From: Patescibacteria group bacterium
GTDB lineage: Bacteria > Patescibacteriota > Minisyncoccia > Moranbacterales > JAKLHP01
NCBI GenBank assembly: GCA_043803385.1
Contig: JAZDKA010000018.1
Location: 1 to 48,411, forward strand
DNA: 48,411 nucleotides
Direction: 5' to 3'
In this document: positions 1 to 7,641 of the stretch, in pieces
Layout of the letters: each line of letters opens with the position of its first letter
How positions within the stretch are numbered: position 1 is the first letter of the stretch
Notes under the pieces: generated by a model
What the model saw: the letters and a program-made list of their open reading frames with translations, nothing else
Told to the model about the DNA's origin: nothing
Databases searched by the model: none
Translations under genes and position numbers: made by a program

Positions 1-2
1 AT

Positions 3-170
3 GATTTAGCGGAAGTGATTATCCAGGGACTCCAGCCTATTCAAGAAAAAATGAAATTACTAACTGACGAAGAGGTTTTGAAGATACTTAAAAATGGCGC
101 GGAAAAAGTGAGACCGCTTGCAAGGAAAAAGTTGGATGAAGTGAAAGAAAAAATCGGATTTATCTTGTGA
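3..170 (+). CDS. trpS: C-terminal fragment of tryptophanyl-tRNA synthetase (runs off window start)
   Basis: Frame 3 reads DLAEVIIQGLQPIQEK...ILKNGAEKVRPLARKKLDEVKEKIGFIL*, which resembles the TrpRS C-terminal helices. Confidence 0.75.
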   Translation, partial: DLAEVIIQGLQPIQEKMKLLTDEEVLKILKNGAEKVRPLARKKLDEVKEKIGFIL

Positions 171-185
171 TTTTTTCTTTGTATA

Positions 186-229
186 AAAAGCGAAGCTTTA
201 AGAAGATCCTAAACTAAAGCTTCGCTTTT
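186..229. terminator. Inverted repeat between convergent trpS and PMM/PGM genes, likely bidirectional terminator
   Basis: aaaagcgaagcttta (186-200) pairs with taaagcttcgctttt (215-229). Confidence 0.6.
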
Positions 230-1657
230 ATTTAGACATTCCAAGCTTTCTACATTGACTCCGTAATTCCAGTCCATCTCTTCATAACCATGTAGTAATA
301 TTTTAATATAACTTTTTAGCTCATCGTATTTTTTTTGAGTCAGAGCTTCGAATTTTATTGTCAGATATGGTCCGTTTTGGGAATAGCGGATTACAAACAT
401 TGAATCTTCCATCTCCAATCTCACTCCGTCTCCGGCTCTTTCATCATCAATCACTTCCGCGTTGGGATAATCCCTTTTCAAAACCGCGCTTATTTTTTCT
501 ATAAGCTTGACTTTCAAATCATCCGGACAGCCTACTTTTATTTCCGGGCTGGAGATATAATGCGGCAAAGTATTAATTGCTTCAGAAAGATTTTGATTGG
601 TAGCAGAAAGATATTCGAGTACAGCTAGAGTAGTGTAGCATCCGTCGTCATGATTATAGAAATCGGCTGAAAAGAAAAAATGTCCAGAAAGTTCTCCGAT
701 GAATGCAGCCTTAACTTCCTGATTTTTTTTCTTAAGAAAAGAATGCCCGACCCTCCACATAAATGGTACGCCGCCTGATTTTTTTATGGCGTATTCAACA
801 ACTTTGGAGCATAAAATATTATACATAATTATCGATCCCGGATGTTTAGCTAAAACATTTTGAGCGAGGATTGCTACCAAGACATCATTCCAAATAATCC
901 TTCCGTTATCATCGACAATTCCTATTCTGTCTCCGTCAGCGTCATAAGAGAATCCCAAATCCGCTTTTTCCTCAATTACTTTCTTAGAGATTCTTTCAGC
1001 CACATTTTTTTCGGTTGGATCGGGAGTTCCTAATGGAAAAGTAGGATTAAGCACGCAATTGCTTTCTATCACTTCCATATTAAAAGCTCTTAATATTTTG
1101 GGGATGACAACTCCCGCAGTTGAACAGCTAGGATCAACAACTATTTTAAATTTTTTATCAATCTTAATTCTTTTCTTTAAATCTTCTATATAATTTTCCA
1201 GAATATCCATTTTTTCTATTTTTCCTTCAACTTCTCCTTTCTCATAATCTTCTTCTTCCACCATTCTTCTCAACTCTTGTATTCCGTCGCTCACCAGAGT
1301 TTCGGAAAAATCTATGGCAAACTTCATTCCATTATATTCAGCAGGATTATGAGAAGAAGTTATAAAAGCTCCTCCTTTTGCGTTTAAATAATATTGCGCC
1401 CAATAAAAATTTCCTACCAGCGTCATTCCTATATTGATAGTATCTATTCCGGCCCAGCTAAATCCGCGAATTAATGCATTGGCATATTCTTCGCTAGTGG
1501 ATCTTGAATCATATCCTACAAGCGCTTTTTTTATCCCGCGCCTCTTCATATAAGTGCCATGAGCTTTGCCAAGGTGCTCGACGATTTCAGGAGTCAAATC
1601 TTCACCTGCGATTCCTCTTAAATCGTATCCTCTAAACATATTTTGATTTACTTTCAT
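209..1657 (-). CDS. Phosphomannomutase/phosphoglucomutase (alpha-D-phosphohexomutase)
   Basis: N-terminal FRGYDLRG, TSSHNP catalytic Ser loop, DADGDR metal loop, GELSGH sugar-binding loop. Confidence 0.95.
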   Translation of the reverse strand: MKVNQNMFRGYDLRGIAGEDLTPEIVEHLGKAHGTYMKRRGIKKALVGYDSRSTSEEYANALIRGFSWAGIDTINIGMTLVGNFYWAQYYLNAKGGAFITSSHNPAEYNGMKFAIDFSETLVSDGIQELRRMVEEEDYEKGEVEGKIEKMDILENYIEDLKKRIKIDKKFKIVVDPSCSTAGVVIPKILRAFNMEVIESNCVLNPTFPLGTPDPTEKNVAERISKKVIEEKADLGFSYDADGDRIGIVDDNGRIIWNDVLVAILAQNVLAKHPGSIIMYNILCSKVVEYAIKKSGGVPFMWRVGHSFLKKKNQEVKAAFIGELSGHFFFSADFYNHDDGCYTTLAVLEYLSATNQNLSEAINTLPHYISSPEIKVGCPDDLKVKLIEKISAVLKRDYPNAEVIDDERAGDGVRLEMEDSMFVIRYSQNGPYLTIKFEALTQKKYDELKSYIKILLHGYEEMDWNYGVNVESLECLNKSEALV

Positions 1658-1694
1658 TTTTTTATAAAGTTAATTGTTATACCCTAAAATTATA

Positions 1695-2121
1695 CTCCGC
1701 AGAGGCAAATTTTGCAACCCCTTTTCCCTTTAGTTACGGTCATGTTCCATGGTCTGGCTGACTGGTGGCAGAAAACTTTCCCGCCCGTAAAAGAATGCTG
1801 GGTGTGGAAGGACGGCACCGACGAAGATGAAATTCCGACTCTATGGATAGTTGTCGCTGAAACATTCGCAACTTGTACTTTGCAACGGATGAATCTCAGA
1901 GGACCTCTCGGTTCCTACTATGAGATGAGGGTTTCTAAGAGGGATCCCGACATCTGGTTTTCTTCGAACATTAAGCGTCCTAGGCTAACCTGGGAGGGGT
2001 TGGCACTTAGGAGGATAAGCTGCCGCGGTTCAGCGACATAAAGTTCTGGGAGAGTAAAGTGTATAATCGCTGCTCTCCCTTCCGTTTCCAAAATCATTTG
2101 AAAAAGTGGTTTTAGAAAGGG
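1695..2121. ncRNA. Candidate structured non-coding RNA of unknown family
   Basis: Intergenic block more GC-rich than its flanks, with several paired segments (tgtcgctgaa/ttcagcgaca, caacccc/ggggttg, gggagag/ctctccc, a GAAA-capped hairpin near 2085-2118). Confidence 0.4.
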
Positions 2122-2122
2122 T

Positions 2123-4231
2123 TTACTCCAAATGAACTTTTTCGTCGAATTTTTTAAGGGCGTCCTTAAGCAGAGGGTGCTTTTTTAATTGAAAGTCGGA
2201 TTTAAGAATTTCCATGGCTTCTTCGCGGGCGATAGTGATTAGTTTTATATTGGTCAGATTTTCCATCGCAATATCGGGAATTCCGGATTGGCGCGTGCCG
2301 AAGAATTGTCCGGGACCGCGCAGTTCCAGATCTTTTTCTGCGATGGCAAATCCATTTTCACTTTCGACGAGAGCTTTTAATCTCTGCTTGGCAGATGAAG
2401 AATCGCTAGTGGTAAAAAGGAAACAATATGACTGATATTCTCCGCGGCCGATTCTTCCCCGGAATTGGTGAAGTTGAGAAAGCCCGAATCTATCAGCATC
2501 TTCGATAATCATCACAGTTGCATTAGGAATGTCGATTCCAACTTCCACCACGGCGGTGGCGACAAGAATATCTAATTTCTTTTCAGAAAATTCTTTCATC
2601 ACCTTTTCTTTTTCTGCTGGTTTCAACTTTCCATGAACCAACCCCACTTCTAAGTCGGGAAATATTTCTTCAGATAATTTTTTGTGTTCGGAAACAGCAG
2701 CCTTTACCTCCGTTAATATCTTAGAATCTTCAACAAGCGGCAAAATAACAAAGCATTGCCGGCCTTTTTTAATTTCCGAGCGGATAAAGTTATAAATTTT
2801 GTTTCTTTCTAATGGCGTTATTATTTCCGTTATTATTTTTTTCCTGTTTTTCGGCATTTCATCGATAATTGATAAATCAAGATTGCCAAAGAAGGCAAGC
2901 GCTAAAGTGCGGGGAATAGGCGTAGCGGTCATCGTTAGAAAATGAGGAACGGTATTTTTTAGCCCATCATTAATTTCTTCGATTTGTTGCTGAAGATAAG
3001 CGCGCTGGGCAACGCCAAAACGATGCTGTTCATCAACAATTATCAACGCTAAATTTTTAAAACGGATATCTTTTTGAATGAGGGAATGAGTGCCAATAAT
3101 TAAGTTCACATTGCCATTTTTTAATTTCTCTAATATTTCGTTTCTGTTTATTTTTGTTCCATGTTCCATGCTATATGTTTTATGAATCTGATAGGAATTG
3201 GTTAATAAAGCAATATCGAATTTATAATCCTTTAAAATCTTCGTAAGATTATTAAAATGCTGGAGCGCCAGGACTTCGGTCGGAGCCATTATGGCAACCT
3301 GGTATCCGGCTTGAATAGCCTGAAGCGTAGAAATAGCCGCCACGATAGTTTTTCCCGAACCGACATCGCCATTCAGCAATCTATTCATCGGGCGTGGTTT
3401 TTCGAGGTCTTTAAGGATCTGAAAGGAAGCTTTTTTCTGCGCATTAGTCAATTTAAAAGATAAGGAATTGACAAATTTTTTAATCAATTTCTCATTAAAC
3501 TTTATTTCAACTGATCTTTCTTTTTTCCAGCTGGAGCGGACCTGGATGGATTTGAACTGAACTAGGAACATTTCTTCAAAAGCAAATCTTTTCTGGGCGA
3601 TTAGATATTCATTTTTAGAGTCAGGAAAATGAATATATTTAATCGCTTTTTTAATTTCCGGAAGATGCAGTTTTTTTAATATTTCTGTTGGAATCGGGTC
3701 TTCGATATCGAGGTTGAACCTCGATAGAAATGTTTGGATTTGCCAGCGGAGCCAGCGGGAAGTTAATCCTTCAGTTTCTGGATAAACCGGAACCAATCGT
3801 CCGGTGTTGGTCGGAGTCCGGCTTTCAAGCTCCCAAACGGGATTGGAAAAATACAACCCTGAAGAATCGGCAGAAACTTTTCCGCTAAGCCTCACATTTT
3901 TTCCCTCGGTCAATGTATCGGCAATATACGGCTGATTGAACCAGATAGCTTTAACCTTCCCCGTGGCATCTTCAATAACCGCTTCGGTAATATACATCCT
4001 TTTCTTCCAAGTGCGCGCTGTTTTTATCTTTGCCACTTTCCCTTGAATAGTCGCGGTTTGCCCATTGGCTATTTCCGCGATTGAATAAATTTTGGAAAAA
4101 TCGTCATAACGGAAAGGAAAATGGAAAAGCAAATCGCGGACAGTGAAAATGCCCATTTTCTCCAAAATTTTGGCATATTTCGGGCTTATTCTAGAGATAT
4201 TTTTTAGTTGTGTTTCGGAAGAAATTATCAT
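2123..4231 (-). CDS. recG: ATP-dependent DNA helicase RecG
   Basis: GDVGSGKT Walker A, DEQHRFG, TATPIPRT, QLHQFRGRIGRG motifs and N-terminal wedge/OB domain. Confidence 0.97.
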   Translation of the reverse strand: MIISSETQLKNISRISPKYAKILEKMGIFTVRDLLFHFPFRYDDFSKIYSIAEIANGQTATIQGKVAKIKTARTWKKRMYITEAVIEDATGKVKAIWFNQPYIADTLTEGKNVRLSGKVSADSSGLYFSNPVWELESRTPTNTGRLVPVYPETEGLTSRWLRWQIQTFLSRFNLDIEDPIPTEILKKLHLPEIKKAIKYIHFPDSKNEYLIAQKRFAFEEMFLVQFKSIQVRSSWKKERSVEIKFNEKLIKKFVNSLSFKLTNAQKKASFQILKDLEKPRPMNRLLNGDVGSGKTIVAAISTLQAIQAGYQVAIMAPTEVLALQHFNNLTKILKDYKFDIALLTNSYQIHKTYSMEHGTKINRNEILEKLKNGNVNLIIGTHSLIQKDIRFKNLALIIVDEQHRFGVAQRAYLQQQIEEINDGLKNTVPHFLTMTATPIPRTLALAFFGNLDLSIIDEMPKNRKKIITEIITPLERNKIYNFIRSEIKKGRQCFVILPLVEDSKILTEVKAAVSEHKKLSEEIFPDLEVGLVHGKLKPAEKEKVMKEFSEKKLDILVATAVVEVGIDIPNATVMIIEDADRFGLSQLHQFRGRIGRGEYQSYCFLFTTSDSSSAKQRLKALVESENGFAIAEKDLELRGPGQFFGTRQSGIPDIAMENLTNIKLITIAREEAMEILKSDFQLKKHPLLKDALKKFDEKVHLE

Positions 4232-4271
4232 GGTGCACCCACGAGGAGTCGAACCTCGATCCCAGGCTCCG

Positions 4272-4314
4272 CCCCAGTACCAATCCCGCTAGAGCGGGAT
4301 GGTACGGGGTAAAC
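4272..4314. repeat. Palindromic insertion element (CCCC...GGGGTAAAC family) in anticodon loop of the interrupted tRNA
   Basis: ccccagtaccaatcccgc-taga-gcgggatggtacgggg-taaac hairpin. Confidence 0.75.
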
Positions 4315-4353
4315 AAGCTTGCGTGGCACTTGCCCCGCACTAAAATTAAGATG

Positions 4354-4425
4354 TGCTCTCGAGAGGAGTCGAACCTCTATCACGAGATCCGCAATCTCGC
4401 GTTCTATCCGTTGAACTACGAGAGC
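4354..4425 (-). tRNA. tRNA-Arg(GCG)
   Basis: GCTCTCG acceptor, D arm GTTC/GAAC, anticodon arm CGAGA-TT-GCG-GA-TCTCG, GGTTCGACTCC T arm. CCA not encoded. Confidence 0.93.
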
Positions 4426-4476
4426 ATAATTTTTAGTGCGGGGTCCGTTATGCTATGGATGCTATTTGAAGTTTTT

Positions 4477-5028
4477 TTATCTATGCAAAAATCTTTCTGC
4501 TATGTCCACTAAATTATGTTCCTGCTTTACTTCTGGGATAAAGTCGATTAAAATCTGCCTTATTTTTACCGGGTCTTCATTGTCCAGGGGGATATGGATG
4601 TGAGGCATTAGCCTGTTTTTGCTCTCGAGGCTCAAGATCTTTTCATATGGAGGATCGTAGAATATCCAGAAAGATTTCAAATTTTCAAATTCATAGATTT
4701 CCCGTTCAGCCATTATACCTTTGGAATTTATTTTAAAATTAACGATTCTCGGTTCTTTTTGGAGAAACAAATATCCGACAACCCCGATCAAGATGAAAGT
4801 TATTGCCATAATCGGGCTGTTGTAAATGAGAGCGTAAGCTATGACAGCTGCCAGTATTATCGTGCCGAAAAAATAGAATCTTTTTCCGACAGAGTATGGT
4901 TCATGCTCAAGCGCGCTCCATTGGCAAAAATACGCATCGTAATATGTTTTTTCAGAATAGCTCATCGAAAATTCCTCGTATTCTTCGAGTTCATTCTCTT
5001 CATTTTTTGTTTTTAGATCAAAAGGCAT
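4477..5028 (-). CDS. Hypothetical membrane protein (two TM helices plus small soluble domain)
   Basis: 183-aa ORF with a hydrophobic hairpin followed by a beta-rich soluble C-terminus. Confidence 0.75.
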   Translation of the reverse strand: MPFDLKTKNEENELEEYEEFSMSYSEKTYYDAYFCQWSALEHEPYSVGKRFYFFGTIILAAVIAYALIYNSPIMAITFILIGVVGYLFLQKEPRIVNFKINSKGIMAEREIYEFENLKSFWIFYDPPYEKILSLESKNRLMPHIHIPLDNEDPVKIRQILIDFIPEVKQEHNLVDIAERFLHR

Positions 5029-5047
5029 AGTTTCGTATTATTTTTAC

Positions 5048-5105
5048 TGCGGAGGAGGAGGGATTCTCAGCCCCAGGCTAATGCACCTTGGGCGCAGAAC
5101 TCCAC
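5048..5105 (-). pseudogene. tRNA(Ser-like) 3'-end relic with hairpin inserted in T-loop
   Basis: Minus strand GGAGTTC-[30-nt hairpin, 5067-5096]-GAATCCCTCCTCCTCCGCA directly downstream of tRNA-Ser. Confidence 0.55.
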
Positions 5106-5121
5106 ATTATTTACCTCGCTG

Positions 5122-5208
5122 CGGAAGCGGGAGGATTCGAACCTCCGGTACCCTTTCGGATACTCCGGTTTTCAAGACCGGTGCGTTCAACCTCTCTGCC
5201 ACGCTTCC
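5122..5208 (-). tRNA. tRNA-Ser(TGA)
   Basis: GGAAGCG acceptor, CCGGT-CT-TGA-AA-ACCGG anticodon arm, long variable arm GTATCC-GAAA-GGGTAC, GGTTCGAATCC. Confidence 0.95.
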
Positions 5209-5324
5209 AATGTATCAATCTTAACAATTCTATGGCATTTTGTAAATTTATGCTAACATATAAGTAATTAAACATTATACATCAAACATTGATCGATGGT
5301 CAATGTTTGATGATCAATAGATTT

Positions 5325-6305
5325 ATGAAGCTAGCAATCAATGGGTTTGGGCGGATCGGAAAACCGTCTTTCAAAATTGCCTTTGAAAAAGAAGGTATTG
5401 AAGTGGTGGCGATTAATGATCTGACCGACATCAAAACTGCCGTCCATCTTCTCAAATACGATTCTTCTTATGGCAGATATGACAAGGAAGTCAGCGCTGA
5501 TGAGCAAAATGGCGAGATTATCGTTGATGGGACAAGAATAAAATATTTTTCCGAACCGGAACCGGAGAAACTTCCCTGGGGAGAATTGGGCGTGGATGTG
5601 GTTTTGGAATGCACAGGGGTTTTCGAAACTAAAGAGGACGCCGAAAAACATATTAAAGCCGGAGCGAAGAAAGTTATTCTTTCCGCGCCTGCCAAAGATG
5701 ATACGCCGGTTTATCTTCTGGGAGTGAATGAAAAGGATTATCAGGGAGAAAATATTATTTCCAACGGCTCCTGCACAACGAACTGTTTGGCGCCAATGAT
5801 AAAAGTTCTGGATGATAATTTTGGAGTGGAAAAAGGTTTTATGACAACCACGCATTCCTATACTAATGACCAAAAATTGTTAGATTTGCCTCATAAAGAT
5901 TTGCGGCGAGCCAGAGCGTCAGCACTCAATATTATTCCTACCACCACCGGAGCGGCTAAAACTGTGGGAAAAGTTTTGAAGCATTTAGATGGAAAACTGG
6001 ACGGCATCGCGCTTCGAGTTCCAACTCCAGTGGTTTCCATAACCGATTTCATCTGCACGCTGAAAAAAGAAGCTGCTAAGGACGAAATAAACAAGGCTTT
6101 TAAAGACGCGGCTTCAAATATTTTAGGAATTACCGAAGAGCCGTTAGTTTCTACGGATTTCAAGGGTGATGCGCACAGCGCGATTATCGATTTATCCTTA
6201 ACGATGGCGCAAGGAAATTTAGCGAAAGTAGTCGGCTGGTATGATAACGAATGGGGATATTCCAATAGGTTGGTGGAAATGGCACAGTTTGTATCTAGTA
6301 TCTAG
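5325..6305 (+). CDS. gap: Type I glyceraldehyde-3-phosphate dehydrogenase
   Basis: MKLAINGFGRIG, SCTTNCL active site, WYDNEWGYS. Start moved to the ATG at 5325. Confidence 0.97.
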   Translation: MKLAINGFGRIGKPSFKIAFEKEGIEVVAINDLTDIKTAVHLLKYDSSYGRYDKEVSADEQNGEIIVDGTRIKYFSEPEPEKLPWGELGVDVVLECTGVFETKEDAEKHIKAGAKKVILSAPAKDDTPVYLLGVNEKDYQGENIISNGSCTTNCLAPMIKVLDDNFGVEKGFMTTTHSYTNDQKLLDLPHKDLRRARASALNIIPTTTGAAKTVGKVLKHLDGKLDGIALRVPTPVVSITDFICTLKKEAAKDEINKAFKDAASNILGITEEPLVSTDFKGDAHSAIIDLSLTMAQGNLAKVVGWYDNEWGYSNRLVEMAQFVSSI

Positions 6306-6331
6306 TATATTGTATCTAGTATTTTAAATTT

Positions 6332-6359
6332 GCTCTCACATTTTTGCGAGAGCTTTTTT
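6332..6359 (+). terminator. Intrinsic terminator after gap
   Basis: gctctc...gagagc stem followed by a T run. Confidence 0.6.
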
Positions 6360-6370
6360 ATGCAAAAAAT

Positions 6371-6410
6371 TATTCTTCACTTAACACCGATCGGTGTTAA
6401 GTGAAGAATA
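6371..6410. repeat. Perfect 40-bp palindrome
   Basis: tattcttcacttaacaccga|tcggtgttaagtgaagaata, no spacer and no mismatch. Confidence 0.95.
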
Positions 6411-6441
6411 GGAATTTGATTTTAACAGGGATTGATTTTAT

Positions 6442-6470
6442 TTGACAAAAATAAGAAAATAGTCTATATT
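6442..6470 (+). promoter_or_regulatory. Sigma70-type promoter
   Basis: TTGACA-17 nt-TATATT. Confidence 0.65.
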
Positions 6471-6592
6471 TTACAAACCAATGGCATTGGAAGGGTCTCG
6501 CTAGTTGAAGTTATCAAAGTGGCAAATAAAGTCATTCACCTACACAAGCGGGACCCAATTTTTTAAAATCCAAAAAAGAGGAGGTGAGAAAA

Positions 6593-6718
6593 GTGAAAAA
6601 GGGCGACGAAAAAACTAGTAAGATCAACAAGGTAAAGGATACTAAGCTGACTGCTATTGCAGTCAAAACTCTTGTCGAGCAGGACGGAGGTTACCTCGGT
6701 CAAATCAATCTAAAGTAG
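6593..6718 (+). CDS. Small 41-aa protein of unknown function
   Basis: GGAGGTGA SD before a GTG start; MKKGDEKTSKINKVKDTKLTAIAVKTLVEQDGGYLGQINLK*. Confidence 0.55.
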   Translation: MKKGDEKTSKINKVKDTKLTAIAVKTLVEQDGGYLGQINLK

Positions 6719-6968
6719 AGTTTTCTCGCCCAGACAAAGTTTCGTCGGTAATATAGGCAATAGTCTATAAAAGCAGAGGTAATAAAAATTACCCTGTCGG
6801 TCGCATACGAACCGGTAGCCTTCGACTTTGTCATACGGGCACTCGGATTAATTTGTTGCATTTATCTCTGATAAAAATCAGAAATACATACAGTAAATAT
6901 CCAGTGCCTTTTTATTTGCCTATTTTTTATAAAAAAGCTTTATTTAAGCGTAAAATTAGTATCATAGA

Positions 6969-7032
6969 TTGACATTTTTGGCTATTGGGTGTATAATTAA
7001 CGGTTGACAATTTTTTAGCGTTTTGCTAGAAT
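6969..7032 (+). promoter_or_regulatory. Tandem sigma70 promoters
   Basis: TTGACA-17-TATAAT (6969-6997) and TTGACA-17-TAGAAT (7004-7032). Confidence 0.8.
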
Positions 7033-7039
7033 TGTCGAA

Positions 7040-7425
7040 CAAGTAAAGGGGGCGAGGGTTCCGGATACAGTTCGGCCTTGGGCTCTTGAATGAGCAGGCC
7101 AGGGGAACCCCCAGCAAATCGGCGGATATCGGGTAAGGAGAGGTATTGTTTATAAGAGCAGTAGTTCCTGCCCCTCTACTTTATCCATCGCGCCAGGCTT
7201 CATGCGGCGGCCCCATCGGGAAATCCGGCGCAGAGCTAGATAAGTTGGCCTCCCGTAAGGGAAATGCGCTACAGAAATCTAGCCCCGGATTCCCATCGGA
7301 ACCCCGCCCCCCCCGTTTCAGAAAGAGGTATGATGTGAAATTTACGTTCGACCATTGACCACGCAAAACCGAAAGGTTTAGCCGGGTTGCAGGTAACGTA
7401 TATCACACATACCTCTTATTTTTTT
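7040..7425 (+). ncRNA. Candidate stable structured RNA, family unassigned
   Basis: Follows the tandem promoters. GC-rich. gggggcgagggttccg (~7048) pairs with cggaaccccgccccc (~7297). A 3' long hairpin (7323-7417) precedes a T run. No credible ORF. Confidence 0.65.
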
Positions 7426-7641
7426 ATGCAGTATTTTTTAAAATGCTGTTTTAATTTTATATTTTTAAAAATGAATAAATTATAGTATAATGATTGAGTA
7501 GAAAATAAATACTAAAATTGAAATGCAGAAAATGAATGTCATCTTGATCCCGCCGAAGTGGGATCACTTGGAATGACATAGTTATTATGTTTGCCATAAA
7601 TACTTTTTACTTTTAACTTTATAAACTTTTGACTCCGTATC

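Larger units (their letters stand above)
4231..4462 (-). pseudogene. Interrupted tRNA-Arg(NCG)-like gene with insertions in D-loop and anticodon loop
   Basis: Minus strand 5' piece GCATCCA-TA-GCAT-AACGGA (4462-4444) pairs with the acceptor 3' strand TGGGTGC-ACCA (ending 4231). The T arm CGAGG-TTCGACT-CCTCG is intact. A middle piece lies at about 4315-4332. Confidence 0.7.

Noticed and set aside
1712-2041. 109-aa plus-strand ORF
   Set aside because: TTG start without SD, atypical composition, and overlap with extensive base-pairing. Not called as a CDS, though not strictly excluded.
4210-4512. 100-aa plus-strand ORF
   Set aside because: It is the antisense reading of tRNA sequences.
7230-7290. 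RNase P RNA, suggested by CTAGATAA and ACAGAAA segments
   Set aside because: The CR-I GAGGAAAGUCC motif and P4 pairing are absent, and the two segments pair with each other as a local stem.
7048-7320. tmRNA, suggested by the GGGGGCG start
   Set aside because: No T-arm or acceptor-CCA 3' end and no tag reading frame found.
7146-7366. ORFs 7146-7358 (+) and 7181-7366 (-)
   Set aside because: Pro/Gly/Arg-rich, unlike the proteome here, and no start signals. Better explained as by-products of a GC-rich structured RNA.
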